64,000 nucleotides of DNA from the human T2T-CHM13v2.0 reference genome, Homo sapiens. Below are positions 26,374 through 41,315 of the stretch, in pieces (the first letter of the stretch is position 1; each line of letters opens with the position of its first letter). Location: NCBI RefSeq assembly GCF_009914755.1, contig NC_060931.1. One strand, given 5' to 3'. Below the pieces are notes generated by a model. That model was not told where the DNA came from and did not search any database. It saw nothing but the letters and a program-made list of their open reading frames with translations. Both the position numbers and the translations under genes were made by a program.

Positions 26374-28859
26374 CAAACATAGAAATTTTTGACATCCATT
26401 AGGTTGTTGCACTTCCAGACTCATTACAATGGAGATGTAGAATTTGTCACAATTTGCATTTTAATGGAATATGAAATATTCTCTACTTTTGGAGAAGTTT
26501 TTCTGTGAAGTAATGTGTGCTTTCCAAGATAAGTATATTATAATGAAAATTGCCATAGAAAGGAAGACTGTGAGAGGTTGTTCTAAGGCAGGAATGTGAG
26601 TAAGTGGTCCCTCTACCCCGTCAGAGGTAAGGAATTGATGGTCAAAGGGTTGACATCTTTGTCCAGCTTAGATACAGTCAGGTCACAGGTGACATGTAAT
26701 GCCCTGGCTGTCTAGAGGCAACCCCCCAAAAAGTTAGGTTCTTGAACTTTAGGGCTTGAAAAGAAAGTGGAAATTATGTTGTATTTCAATAATGTGCTTT
26801 TACCAGAAGGAAAAACAACTTTTAATATCTGTGAACACTTTATTTAATAGCCAACAAATGTGATATGTTGCTGATAGAAAAAATGTCTATTTCAATGTTG
26901 TGCTTCATGGTAATAGAACAAAGTAGAGTTGATATTGTAGTAACCAGGCTCCAAAAGTGTCATTCTAATGAAAAACAGCACTGTTTGGGCAAATATTTTC
27001 TGGCATCTTTATATTTCTTTTAACTGGAAACAGAGAACATGCTGGCTTGGTATCATGACTATGGAATACTGTGTTTTCTAACAAAAAACAAATTGTGGAA
27101 ACAATTTTGCCAAGAAAAATGAAGGTGATTAAAAGGTATGGAACCCAGTACTTCTGGCTGCTCACATCTAACAACTTCATGGCCATAGATTGGCCTGTTA
27201 ACTAAGAGACTCAGCATGGTCATGCTGTTGCCTGCTCTTATTTTCTAAGATAACACTTAATCATCCTCTGTCTGCCTACTGCCTCAGTGGTGAAAATAAG
27301 CATTCTGTAGATATGAATAACTTAGCATCATGAGAATTATAAACACTTGGACATTTGGAAATGATATCTGAAATCTAAAATAGATCTAATTATCAATTAC
27401 CCATAGCCAATTATTCAAGGTCCATATTATCTAAAGTGTTGGCCCAAGCTTGCTGTCTGGACCGATGGGAGCAGAGGATGTGCCCAGCAGCAAGGCGAAG
27501 TGGAGCTGGCCAATGGGCTCCAGACCACAGTAATCTCAATGAGCCGGGGAAGGAAACAACAATGGACAGAAAGCAGCTGTCTGAGTTGTGCATGACAACC
27601 AAGAGTCCGCCAGAAGTTAGGCGATGGGACCAAAACTGAGGTTACCAGCCCAGGACAGGAGGTTCCCAATGCGACTTGGTGGTGGGTTCTGGTGTATGGC
27701 CATGGTGGTGTTTATGGGACACCTGTACCCTCAGTCATGGATGGTGAGGGAGCTGTAGTGGCACGGCAATAGAGCTGCTGAGTTCTGGTGAGCTCGGTTT
27801 TCCTCTTGTTTTCAGCTTCTTAACAATATACTACCTTTTCAATGCATGAGTGTGATGGGAAGTCATTTTTACTGGTTAACAGCTAGGATTTGAATTTGTC
27901 TCAAGAAGCATACTACTTTTGTCTGAAGAAATACTGATTAGAGATTATACTTAGGAATGTGATCCACTCAGATTGGGAAAATGAGATGATACAAAGATTT
28001 CCTTTAGAAAATCCGAATTACTTTGTTCAGGAGGGAGAAAATGAAGATGAAAGAAAATGAAAAATAATAGGGAGAAATGAATCATCTGAGTGTCAAAAGA
28101 CCCTGTGCCCTCGGCTCTGCCTTCCCCATCATCAGCAAATTGCACTGGAAGCATCTAATGTGAGCTACAATTTATTGTGCATGGCCCATTCCAGCCCAGG
28201 CCCCTGAGAGCATAAGTACCACCTCCACCCTGGAATTTATAGATACCTTGGGGACTGTGGACTTCCCTGGGCTGTGGAATTGGCAGGGTCCCTACCAGTT
28301 TTACCCAGACTTAAAGAGCAGGAAAGTCCCCAATCACCATCTGGATAATATATGTATAAAGATTATGTTATGATGGGGGGGGATATAAATTCATATACAT
28401 AGCCTGCAGTCTATAAATACTTGTACTGAAATGTTCTGTTCAACAGATTATTGAAACCTATAGCCAAAATTTGGTGTGTAGTTATCTATTGATTTTACTT
28501 GTCCACTTTTACAGGTAATCAAATATTTATACTATATATATTTTTAAAGATTTTCTTTCTCTGTTTCAAACTCCTTTTACTATATTCCATGCTTGCTATT
28601 TCCTTTTTATTTACTTTATTATAATATATTTAACAAGCCTAGTTATGTACATGGATGTTATGGGTTTTTCAGAATATAAGGGGTCACTACAAAATAATAC
28701 AATTACTCTTACAGGCCCATACATTTAAAAATCCTCATTTCTTTATTCTATAATTGCATTGTAAGCATTATATATTTATACAATTGTTTATCATGAGGCT
28801 GGAGGCAGCTCACAAATTTATATACAATACAAAATATAAAATAAATTATTGACTCTCTC

Positions 28860-29200
28860 CAGAGTCACTGATCTCTGGGAGCTCAGAGTTTAATTGGGAA
28901 GAGAAATGTGGAGACCCACATACACCTTGGAAAGGCGTATCAGCAGAGAAGCAATGTGAAAGAGATATGGGCAATTGGTGTCAAAATTCTGAACAGAGGG
29001 ACACTGCCTCTGACTTGGAAGACTAATGGTGGAAGTGCATTTGATCTGGGTCTGGACGGGTTGATAGGATTATGGATATTGTGGTGTAGAGGTAGGGAGT
29101 AGACGGAGAGGATTCAGGAAGGAGCCTCCCAAGGCGCAGAATCAGTGGTGGGACAGCCAGGACATGCTATGATGGCAACACGGGCCAGAGAGTGGGTTTC
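28860..29200 (-). mobile_element. L2 fragment
   Basis: GGAGCTCAGAGTTTAATTGGG...GCATTTGATCTGGGTCTGGA. Confidence 0.55.
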
Positions 29201-30439
29201 TTAGAGTGGGATGTAAAGCCAAAAAACTGAATTTACTTCTTTTGGAAAGCAAGACATTTTCTGTATAATTCACAGTATATCCTGAGAAAAATCTGAGTGG
29301 TGAGGTTACTAAAATGCAAGGTTTATTGTTTAGAGCGGTGTGTTTTTCTACACTACCAGAGCAGAGTGAGAAATAATGTAATATTTTGATTACAAATAAC
29401 AGCACAAGTTGTTTTCATGATAGGCTAATTTTAAAAATGGCTGCGGAGTGAAGGTTAAAAAATCATGCTTTTACAGTGAAGTCATCAATCTCTTCATTAT
29501 TTTAGTTACATTCCCTTTTTAACAAATCCTTTCCTTTACTGTTTCAAAACATTTGAGGCAGACAACTTCTAATAATAAATGAATTCACATACACCTAAAA
29601 TGACTTAAAATCTAAGAAATGATTGCAAAATAAATAGTTAAACTGAATATTAAAACAACAAAGCTATAAGATACTGCTAAATCCTTCTTGACATTCGGCA
29701 CATAGCTAGAACATAATAAATAAAATATTAGTCTTAGACTTCCCCTCATTTGTGAATCAATAATTTCTAATAAAGTTCATGAAATGGCATGTCAACATGA
29801 AATTTAAGTACATTTTTAATATAACACTGAAGTAATAAAACCTACACGGAAGTCGAGAAAGTAGATTAGCTATTCTGCCCTCTCCAAGCTTGACACTTAG
29901 GCAAGAGTAACTTTTCTCTTGATATCTTAAATGTTTGTTATTTTTTAAAAACTAAGAAAGAGAGGCACATAAAAGTGTACAGTCACTGCCTTCTCTCACA
30001 GGCCAGTGGGATTAGCATGGACAGACTTTTGGAAAACCCTCAGTGGGGGACTTTGTAACACATGGAAACATTAGATTACATAAGGATTCTGACAATTTTC
30101 CCTTTTATGTATTAAATATTTATTTTTCAGATATTCTTAGTAATCATTTAAGCCTTGTATGGAAAGGAAGTAATTTTTGTGTTTCTCTGCTATGTTTAAA
30201 TTTCTTTCACTCTCCCAGAAGGCTTCATGGCACAGGTGGAAAGAATGTTTTTGGGAATGGGGAAGGTGGGAGCTAGGAGACCCACTGGGAAGCTCACGCC
30301 TGGAGAGCGGTCAGTTCTGTGAAGGTGCCAGTGGAGGAACAAATGGGAGGAAGTCACGTTGAACTGGGCAGGAAACCGGGAAGGTTAGGGGAGGGAGAGG
30401 AGCCAGGCCCCAGGGCCAGCTGTTGGCCTATAGAGCATC

Positions 30440-30710
30440 TGTAGTGACAAAGAGCAAAGGCCGCAAGGTCAGACTACCAGAGTCAAGTCCCAGGCTTAGT
30501 ACTTACTGACTCTGTAACTTAGGGAAGTCACTTACCCTCTCTACACTTCTGGTTCCTCATTTACCATATGAAGAAAATAATAGTCATATCTACCTCATAG
30601 TATCGTTGTGAGGATTACATTAAATAGATTGAATTAATACATATAAAGTATGTAGAGTGGAGACAGACACAAGGCACATGGTAAGCGATCCATAAACTTT
30701 AACCATAATT
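30440..30710 (+). mobile_element. MIR
   Basis: GGAAGTCACTTACCCTCTCT...TCTACCTCATAG..GTTGTGAGGATTA. Confidence 0.85.
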
Positions 30711-31344
30711 ATTAGAGTTATAGGTGCTCTTAGGGAAGGGGCAGGTAGTTGGAGAGGGCAGCCTCAGCTTGGATGTGTGGTGTCGCTAGTGCCATCCCAA
30801 CTCCTTTCTCTGGGAAATGTTGGGGCCCCTAAGTGCACAGTAATACCAGTTGTGCAGGCAGCACACTTATATAGTTGTTCCTCAGTTACCATCCCTGTCT
30901 TCAAAACACCAAATCTATCTGTATGTTCCTAAAACTAGCACTTGTATATAATTGTTCACACCACTCCCAGTAGTGATGATGGGAGTTTCTCCCTGACCCA
31001 CAAGGTATTAGATTGTATTAAATGTGTTGTACAAGCTTGTAGTAGGTGAAAGCAGCAAAGAAGATCTTCTTGCTGGATCATAGTTATATTATCCCCTCCA
31101 GCCCCAGAAATTGCTCTTCATGTCTATTCTGTGCTATTCATGTCTATTCTTCATGTCTTGCTGGTCCAGGCAGTTGGGAATAAATGGATGCAAGGAAGTG
31201 ACTAGGTCCTTTAGAATCCAGCGCAAGATTTGACAAAGCTGCTGACGGTGTTGCAATGTAAGCGTTCCTAACAACAGGTCAGAGCTTTTAAATTGAGGAG
31301 TTTGGACTCAAGGGGAAAATATCACTGCAGTTACTCTGAATTCC

Positions 31345-31667
31345 TTTTTTAATATTTTTAATTGACAAATTACAATTGTATAGATGTATGGGGTATAAGG
31401 TGATGATTTGATACATGCATACAATGTGGAATGATTAAATCAAGCTAATTGACATATCCATCACCTCACTTACTTACCGTTTTTTGCATTGGAAATTTGA
31501 AATTTACTCTTACTTTGAAATACATAATACAGTATTATTGACTGTAGTCACCCTACTTGTGCAGTAGATCTCAAAACTTATTTCTCTTGTCCAGTTGAAA
31601 CTTTATACCCTTTGACCAACAACTTCCTTTCCTCCCTCACCCTACCCCACTCCCAGCTGCTGGTAAT
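31345..31667 (-). mobile_element. L1MA-type 3' end fragment
   Basis: AATGATTAAATCAAGCTAATTGACATATCCATCACCTCAC typical of the L1MA 3'UTR. Confidence 0.85.
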
Positions 31668-31784
31668 ATTCAGAATTATTAAGGAATAAGATGATCCATA
31701 TGAAAAAAATTCTGGAAAAATTGAGTTTGTAACATTAGTTTTACAAATTAATTGTTATTATAACCATTTAGGCTAAGAAGATAG

Positions 31785-32370
31785 GTAGGCAATTGATTAA
31801 GGCTTTAGGGTCCAAGGCATGGGCTCAAGTTTTGCAATAACACCTACTAGTTGTGTGGTCATATTGGATTCATATTGCCTAAGACATAGTGGCCTCATTT
31901 TGAAATTATGAGTGGATTTAAAACATCCACCTCGTAAGGAAACTATAAGGATAGATGCTTGACAGGGCACGTAGCATACAATATTACTTACATAGCAGAA
32001 CGTTGGCAACACACTAAATGTCCAATAATAAGTGAATGGTTGAATAAATTACGGTATAGCTATATGATGTTCATTAGTTAACAAACCATTCTACCACTGA
32101 TGAACAAGTGATTACAATCAGCTGAGATCCAAAACTATGAGGAAGTCTTAATTTTGTTGAGTGGAAATAATAATTACAATAATTAATATTTATATAGTGC
32201 CTATATGCCAGGCCCTATTAAAGTCCTGTACGTGTTACTCATTAAATCCTTACAACAACCCGAAGAGAGAGCTACTATCGTCAGCCCCATTTACCACATG
32301 AGGCTACCATGGCAAAGTAAAGATTAAGAAACATGTCCAGCTAGTAAGTGATCAGGCCAGAGTCAGGGTA
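31785..32370. mobile_element. MIR fragments (+ 31785-31990; - 32180-32370)
   Basis: MIR cores GCCTCATTTTGAAAT and AATCCTTACAACAACCC...CCCCATTTAC. Confidence 0.7.
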
Positions 32371-34373
32371 AAGGAATTGGGGGATTTGTGTGTAGTTAGG
32401 AAGTAAGGAGGATGAAAGATGGCTCCTCCAGGTCTCATCAAGCTTTGTGATTTCCTAGACAAATGCAGGAAGATTTGGCTATGTTGCAGATGAATAAAAC
32501 ACACCATTATTACATTGTTGGCATAATAGCAGCTGGCCCGAAATACAAATGGAAACTGTCATACTCAGAGTGGAAAGCCCTTCCAGTGTCCAGACTGGCA
32601 GCAGATGATTCTGCACTCCCAATATCCAGTTGTAGACTGTTTTCTGCCTGCCTGCTCTACACTGCCTGCCTTTATTGAACACAAACTGTGACGTACTGAA
32701 GAAATCCAAGATAAATTTGTAAAACATCATGTCAGTCCCTTTCTAGTCCCAGTATCCCCTGGTGATCCAAGGTTGGGGTCTAAAAAATAGAACAGAAAAA
32801 AGAAGAGGAAACAGACACTAACTTGCCACAGATACACATAGAGTGAAGGAGATATTTTTGTTTAAAAGACTGACAGCTGAGAAACAGTTATTTGATCCCT
32901 GCTGCTTGAGGGACAGTAGGGAAAGAAAGGTATTTTTGTGATCGCTCTTCAGCGTTCCCTATGCGGCCTGGTTCATACAGTCACAACAAAAACCCACGCT
33001 CTAATAGTACATTGCAACCAACCACAGATATGTTGCAAGCATTATGCACAGTAGTAACTAACATTCAGTTTCCTTTTGATTACTTCCAGGCCTGTGACAT
33101 TTAGATTGTTGCACATTTCTTCCAACCTCAGAGCATTCAGAGTCAACAGCGTACATCTAATAATCATGTGCTGACATAGAAACTGTAAGGAGTTTGTGCC
33201 ATTTATCTGTCTTTCATCACACTAAGGGTAACAGAGCAAATGAGCACCGTGTTAGGAGTCCAAATACATGAGTTTTGGGCTAAACCTTGTCACTAACTAG
33301 CTGTGGCCTTGAGCATGCCATTTAATCTCCGTGGGGCCTCTGGTTCCCTTTTGTGAAATGAGGAGAGAGTTTTGGGTCTCCAGGACTCCTTTCAACTCCA
33401 GTGTTCTGTACTAAGTCATCAGTGAGTTCTGGCTAGTAATAGTTTCAAAAGGTAATAGTGCTCATCACATTCCACCGAGTAAAATCATAGAGCAGAAACA
33501 CCAAGAAAGTGGACATCCCAGCTGCTTTTAACGTTTACTCATCAACAGGGCTTGGCTCAAATAGTTCTGAAAGTAATCCATGCATAACATTTCTGAAAGG
33601 GGAAGTAAGAATGTCATCTTGCATTTGAACATTTTAAATGTCAAACCCTCTGCATTGTTAGTATTTATAAAGTTATCTCTATGGCATTATCACTATCAAA
33701 GTAATCAATCATAGATTTATTGAGAAATATAAACATCAATGTTTTTTATCTCACCTAAGTATTTTCTGTGCTAAATTTTATTCTGTTGCAGCATACTTGA
33801 CAATTAGTGATTTGTAGGCTTGGTTAGCACATGCATACTTTTTAAGCAAACTAATGTAATGTGAGAGAACAGTTTTCAGTATTTCCCTCTACTGGTATTT
33901 GTGGGTGCCCTTCAAACTACTACACCAAGCTACACAAACCAACTATCACAAATGGACTGTTTGCCAAATGCCTGCTTCCCTAGTAAGGAGGCAACGTGTT
34001 ACTGACACCCTTATGTGTAGAAGGTCTTATGTAGAGAGACTTATGAAATGCATATCTGGATTCCTATATTTTTTCACTGAAGTCTAACAAATTCATGTAG
34101 TCAAATCTTAGGAAAGGAAGTGTGTTTGGTAGTTTGAGCCTGCTGTCTTTACAGGCTCAGTGTGTCTTCTGTGAAAGACCAAATATCATCCCAGTGGACC
34201 TGACCTAGTTGAACATAAATACACCATTGAGGAGCTACTGGCTTCAGAATTAATAAAATGTATAAATAAATAGGATGGCCTTGTGAAGAGGCTAAACTTG
34301 AAGTGCCTATTAATTAATTTTTTAAAAAGAAAAACAGCAGCTTATAGCTACTCTACTGATACATTAATCTATG

Positions 34374-35821
34374 AAATGAAATTGTATCATAGAAAGCATT
34401 CAGATTATTTATATTATTCGTATTTTATAAGATTTTTAAATGTGTTTAACCTAGAAGGGATCATAATGCAGAGCCTTATGCTTTTCATAAGATACTGATA
34501 GAGTGTAGAGGCATCCGAGTAATTTGGCATTTTCGCTTTTTATTCATAAGGCCCCTGAGTATGTGTGAATGTGTTTGTAAATATATCTCAATTTCAGTTT
34601 TTGTCATTCAGAGAATATACAACAGTTCTTCTGACTAGTCCCAACAACACAACCCAATGTGTGTCTGAATTGATCACTATTTTAAAATCTAGAGAGCTGG
34701 GCAGTCTCTGTGCTCTTGGGCCTGCAGGTGAAGCTCATTAAAGAATCAATCACCAGTGAGGGCAACCGCCCAGGCCCTCACTTCATTTGATAATATTATC
34801 CAGAAAAGAGGAATATTTTTCAGTTCTTTCTCACCTAGGCAGAATTTTGAGAAGTAACCATGAAAGATGAGACTGAGAGTTATAATTGGGCCTTTAGTAT
34901 AGACAAATTGTACTGTGTCGTTTTAGTTTTTATTTTAAATCCCCCTAAAAGGTCACTGGATACAAAGACAATCTCTGAGTTTATTGAAGGGAAAGCCACA
35001 AAGCTGTTATATACAGCTCTATCTATGCCTATTTGTATTTCACAGTCTTTTGTCACCGAACAACACACAGACAAAATGGAATTCAATCTCAGAATTTCTT
35101 TACTGTCTTCTAAAGATTTTCTTCATGGACTTGTTTCCAACCAACGTTGAAAAATAGTTCTAATTTTTTAAAAAAGAAGAAACAAAGGGCTCTCCACATT
35201 TGCCTTATTATATGACGTCTTTTCTGCACTCACAGTAGCAAATGTTAGAAGTACATTTCAAGTTGCAATTCACCTGGATAAATGTCAACATGAGGCCATA
35301 AGGTAGCTTTTCAGCTTCCTCTCCTGGAAAGTGCTTTGGACATGGCAGCCATTGCTACATTCACACTGAAACAGCTAACTGCCCAGCTGATTGTTCTTAT
35401 ATAATGTAGATAGGGTCATGGCTCCAACGTGAGCCAGTCTCAGTGCGCATGTTGGAGTTATTTCCTGGGTGACTAATTAGCTCTCAACCTGGTATCTTCA
35501 TTTTGGATCCCAAATGATCCAAGTGGACACCATGATGTTGCCCCCAAATAATAGATGGCTTCAGGCCCTCTGATGCAAAGAGAGGCCGTACAGCCGACTG
35601 CCTACATGTGAATGCTAGGTTTGCCATTTTGTTGCTGTGCAAATCACTTAACCTCTTAGGAAATAATATTTTCATCTTAAAAAAATGGGAAAAGAATAGT
35701 GTCTACCACATAGGGTAAAAAATGAAATTGTTGTGTAGAAGGTAGTTGGCTGTTCACATTTTACAAGATTAGAAAATGTATTTAACCCAAAGTGAGATTA
35801 TAATGCAGAGCCTTATATTTT
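34374..35821 (+). repeat. Dispersed ~100-110-bp direct duplication (34374-34485 and 35720-35821)
   Basis: Shared AAATGAAATTGT...ATTTTA.AAGATT...TTTAACC...ATAATGCAGAGCCTTAT. Confidence 0.8.
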
Positions 35822-35857
35822 GGAAGAGGGTGCTATAACCTAAAAACTGATAATTGG

Positions 35858-36247
<390 letters not shown>

Positions 36248-38633
36248 TTAGTATTAGTTATCATTAACATAAATTCAGGTATATATTTATTACAGTCAAG
36301 AAACCTCTTACAGAGTTATAATTGAGAAATTAAAATATAACACAAATTTTTAAAGCTGTTTAAAGTTTCACCTTACTTGCCAGGCATGATGCTATTCACC
36401 TTTTATCTATTATCTTTTTAAAGATTATATGATGCATTGGGGAACATGAATTTTTCTCTCTTAAAAAGAAATTAAACAATAGGTAATAAAGGAGCAGATG
36501 TTTTCTATTTTACATGTAGACCAAATATCCACTAACACAAGTTACATTTTATTTCTTAATTAAGTATCACACTTTATACCATCATGCTTCATACCTCTCA
36601 ACATTTTAAAAGTCTTTTCTCATTTAGGAATTCATTTTTTATTAACGGGTTTTGAGATGTAGATAAGACAAGGGAGATTATTATTTTCAATTCACAAATG
36701 AGGACATTAAAGTTTTGTGAAACTGAAGGGAAGTGACCATCCAGAGTCATAAAACAAGTTCATGGTCCAGGATCACAGCCATGATCCGGCCCCCTCCCCC
36801 TCCACTGTGCTGGGCCGTGGACTCATCTGCTTCATACACATCTGCTGAACAGTTATTTCCAAGCACTGAATAGAAACCATCAGCCTCGCATGTTTTCCAT
36901 AGCTGTTGATTGTGCTCCTACTCTTCGTTCATCTTGTGGATAATAAATCCATCCATTTAAAGACAAGAAGAATTCAGTGTTCAGCTATGGTCTGCTACAC
37001 ACATGTCCACTTTCCTTACATTTTCTTTGAACAGAACACAGTAAAATCTATTGTACAGCTCACCGGCGTGATACCGCTTTGATAGACACCGAGTGACCTA
37101 ATATACACACTCCAGTGTACTCTAATCTGTGGTCTCCCAGCTCCCACTCGGCAGGAATTCTGAGATGTTGATGGAACCCCATGATTTAACAGAGCAGCTG
37201 GGCTGCCCTTTCACCCCTCACACTGGTTCTGACAGCTGCCTGCCATGTGTAGAGAAAACCTCACAGGCTGAAACCCTGTCACAGAGTAAAGGTCCTTGAA
37301 TAAACATACAAGCATGATCATGCTACTACTCTAAAATTAAATTGTTTTTTTAAACTGAATTTGCAGTAGGGACATTTTACAGCTGAAGATCTAAAGCACC
37401 CCAAAGCGGGCCAAGTACCCTCTCCCTTTAAAAATAAAACAAAATAATACACACAGTAAGCCTGGTCTTGTTCACACTTATTTGAGTTACCAGTTTTTCC
37501 TCAAGTGGATTAAGCCAATTTACCAATGACCAGGTTTTTCTACTCTGAAACAGTAACAAGCCTGCCAGAAATGATGTGCAGCATTTTCCTGGCTTAGTTC
37601 AGAAACTCGATTTGTGTTTAAGCTGTCAATTTAATCCACACTGCCTTTTTACTTTTATCAGGATATTCTTCAGGTAGAAAAGAATGGAGGGAGGCTTTAG
37701 GCATGACTACCGTCCTAAATATAAAGTTGGTTAAAAAAACAAAAATCCCTACTCGGCCCAAATAGCATTGTGCTTTATAATTCATTCTTTTCACATACAG
37801 TACCCTGCGTTATCATGGCTAATGTTTTCCTGCTGAGCTGCCATCATCTTTTGTCAAGCTGTCAGGGTTTTAAATTGAGGTACCTTCCACATTTGGATAG
37901 AGGTCATTATCCTGTTGCCTGGTTGCATTGCCTCTGCTGAGCAGGTTAACTGCTTGAGGTCTTTTATCTAGATAAATGTTTTGCCAGCACTTTTGCTCTG
38001 TGATGACACGAGCTGTTCCTTAGAGGTCAAATAGTGATGCTATGATAAGTTGTTCCCCGTGTGTTCACAGATATGGAAAGGACTGGAGTCCAAACTTCAT
38101 TAATAGTCCTAAAAATAATAATAAATGCTCATTTTAGCATATTTCTCCACAAGATACTGGATTTTGGGGCTCTTTTAACATTCCCTACATGCTAATTTTA
38201 TATACTGGGAAAAATAATGCCTTTTAACTATTTTATTGTTTCAGTATCATGAATGACTCCACCAAGTGTGTCCGAATCTACTGCTTAGTTCTGATGATGG
38301 CAGAAATAAATCAACGTGGGTGTGTGTAATAATAATGTATATTGTTATTTGCATGGGTTACCAATATTAAAATAATATTTAGAGTGAAGACCATGATATT
38401 TGACACCTTGGTACTCCTGTCCACATAGAAAAATTATTTTTAAAGTGGAGAGATAGAAATAAATCATTTCCCCTCAGTGAAAATTGATTTGTTAATTAAA
38501 AATAATTTTGATTAGCTTGTATTCAATTATTTACAATGAAGAATACCAAATAAAAAGGAAAATAATTTTAAATGATTTTGTCATAACCAATTAACTTTTA
38601 CAAAAAACTCGTTTGTAAATTCTGTTTTCAATC

Positions 38634-38912
38634 TTTTTTTTTTTCTTTTTTTTTTTTTTTGAGACACAGTCTCACTCTGCCACCCAGGCTGGAGTTCAGT
38701 GGCATGATCTCAGCTCACTGCCAACTCCACCTCCCGGGTTCAAGTGATTCTTCTGCCTCAGCCTCCTAAGTAGCTGGGACTACAGGTGTGCACCACCATA
38801 CCCAGCTAATTTTTGTATTTTTTAGTAGAGACAGGGTTTCACCATGTCAGCCAGGCTGGTCTCAAACTCCTGACCTCAGATGATTTGGTGATCCACCCAC
38901 CTCAGTCTCCCA
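38634..38912 (-). mobile_element. AluS-type, 5'-truncated
   Basis: Poly-T then GAGACACAGTCTCACTCTG...; lacks the first ~35 nt. Confidence 0.93.
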
Positions 38913-38943
38913 TCAATCCAATTTTTAAAAACTGGCTTTTCCG

Positions 38944-39275
<332 letters not shown>

Positions 39276-39498
39276 TCATCTCCATATTTGCTATGACTAG
39301 TGTTGTTATATGAACTAAAAGATGCTTTTATTAGTATGTAGAATAATTTTTTTTAATATTGGAGAAAATACCACTTGAAACTATGGTCTCTTAAAATGTA
39401 AGCACATAAAAACACATGGAAATAACTTTCTTGACACTACATAATTTGAGGCCAAACTGCTCTGCTCAGATTTAATCTTTGACTAACTCATTTTCTAA

Positions 39499-39815
<317 letters not shown>

Positions 39816-40089
39816 CATATTTAGTGCTGTCTTTTAAAAATGTGTACTGTTATTTTCTACAGTTGATTAGATTTTTAAATTGTTTTATGATAGAGGATCA
39901 GTTGTGTGCAGTCCACAAATTTTATCATAAAACAAAATTTAAATCCTGCCTAGAGGTAGCATCTTATTATTGTGCTTGGGTTTATGAGGTTAAATGCAGT
40001 GATAAATTTATTCACTTACCCAGTAAGATCTGTTAAGAGGTATAGAGACAAACATGAATGAGACAGAGTCCCACCTTCACTGGAAGATT

Positions 40090-40800
40090 CTGAATTCTCT
40101 TTCATATCCATTATTTATTATTTGCGTAGTTGCCCAAGCTAGAAAGCTCAGTATCTTCCATGACTTGCCGCATCTTTTAACCAGACATTAAGTGAGCCAC
40201 CAGGACCTGTTCATTTGCCTCCTAAATATTGTCTTAAAATCCATTTTCTCTCCTCCACTCCCCATTGTCTGGTCACCTTAGCTGAGGCCCTCTTTATCCT
40301 TCATCTGCTTCCTAAATGGACTTCCTCCCTCTGGTTATTCCTACTCCTTACCACTGCCCATTTTCCTCACTGCTAGAAGATATTTATTTCCAAAACTCCA
40401 AATCTAAGCAGTCACTTCCTGATTAGAAATGTTCCAGTGGGTCCCATAGGCTAGATGGTGAAGTAAATAATTCAGAGGGCTGCATGATCTGTCCCTGATT
40501 GCTCTTTCCACCTAATCCCTAAAACCCACTCTGTGTTCCCCACACACAGTTGCTTGGGGTACAGAACATGCCTCACTCTCCTGTTCCACCAGACTGAGCT
40601 CCCTACTGTGGAAATGCCGTCCTTCCTTATTCTCTTAGACTTATTTCTCTAAGAAGCCTTTTTTTCACTTCTCCAGGAAGAGGTAATTGTTCTTCCTCTT
40701 TGACCTTGTACCTTACTCTTTCACTCACATCAGATTTTATTTTTATTAATTATATGTCTCCCCCATGAAATTATGAATTCCTGTTAGGTATGTTTCACAT
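40090..40800 (+). mobile_element. L2 fragment
   Basis: GCCCAAGCTAGAAAGCTCAGTATCTTCCATGACT...TGCATGATCTGTCCC. Confidence 0.65.
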
Positions 40801-41185
40801 CCCATTCCTGTAGTTTTTGAACGAGGATGAAGGTACCCCTCATGCCCAAACTTTCTTAATTTTCCCATGTTGTTCTAAAATTCATCTGCTTGAGAATACC
40901 TGCTGCTCCTTCTTTTCTAATGGCCTTTCTTCTCCTTTACCAAAGAAAATGTCATCTGTCCCCATCTTACTGGGTAGAATTGTCTTGAGCTGTGCAAACT
41001 TCCATATAACAAACAAAAGGTTACATTCACTTACTGGTGTCAGAAAAGCCTCCTGTAATCAAACCAGGTTCATTCTAGCAATTAGTACTTATTCTGTTCT
41101 TCCAGGGATGCATCAACTAAGTTGAGGAGAAGAGAAGTCATCCTCATTCACCTCATTAAGAGGTACATTCCCAATTAAAGTCCAG

Positions 41186-41315
41186 TTTTGGGGTGCGATG
41201 GCACAATCCTGTCATCCCAGCTTCTAGGGAGGTTGGAGCAATGGGATCACTTGAGCCCAGGAATTCAAGACCAGCCTGGGCAAAAGAGTAAGACTGCACC
41301 TCTTAAAAAAAAAAA
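41186..41315 (+). mobile_element. Free left Alu monomer (FLAM)
   Basis: Single monomer GGATCACTTGAGCCCAGGAATTCAAGACCAGCCTGGGC ending in an A-run that abuts the L1. Confidence 0.85.

Noticed and set aside
31180-31330. Third CR1-like RT trace (TTTGACAAAG; VPNNR..; EEFGLKGKI)
   Set aside because: Needs several frameshifts and the motif spacing is wrong; cannot be separated from chance by eye
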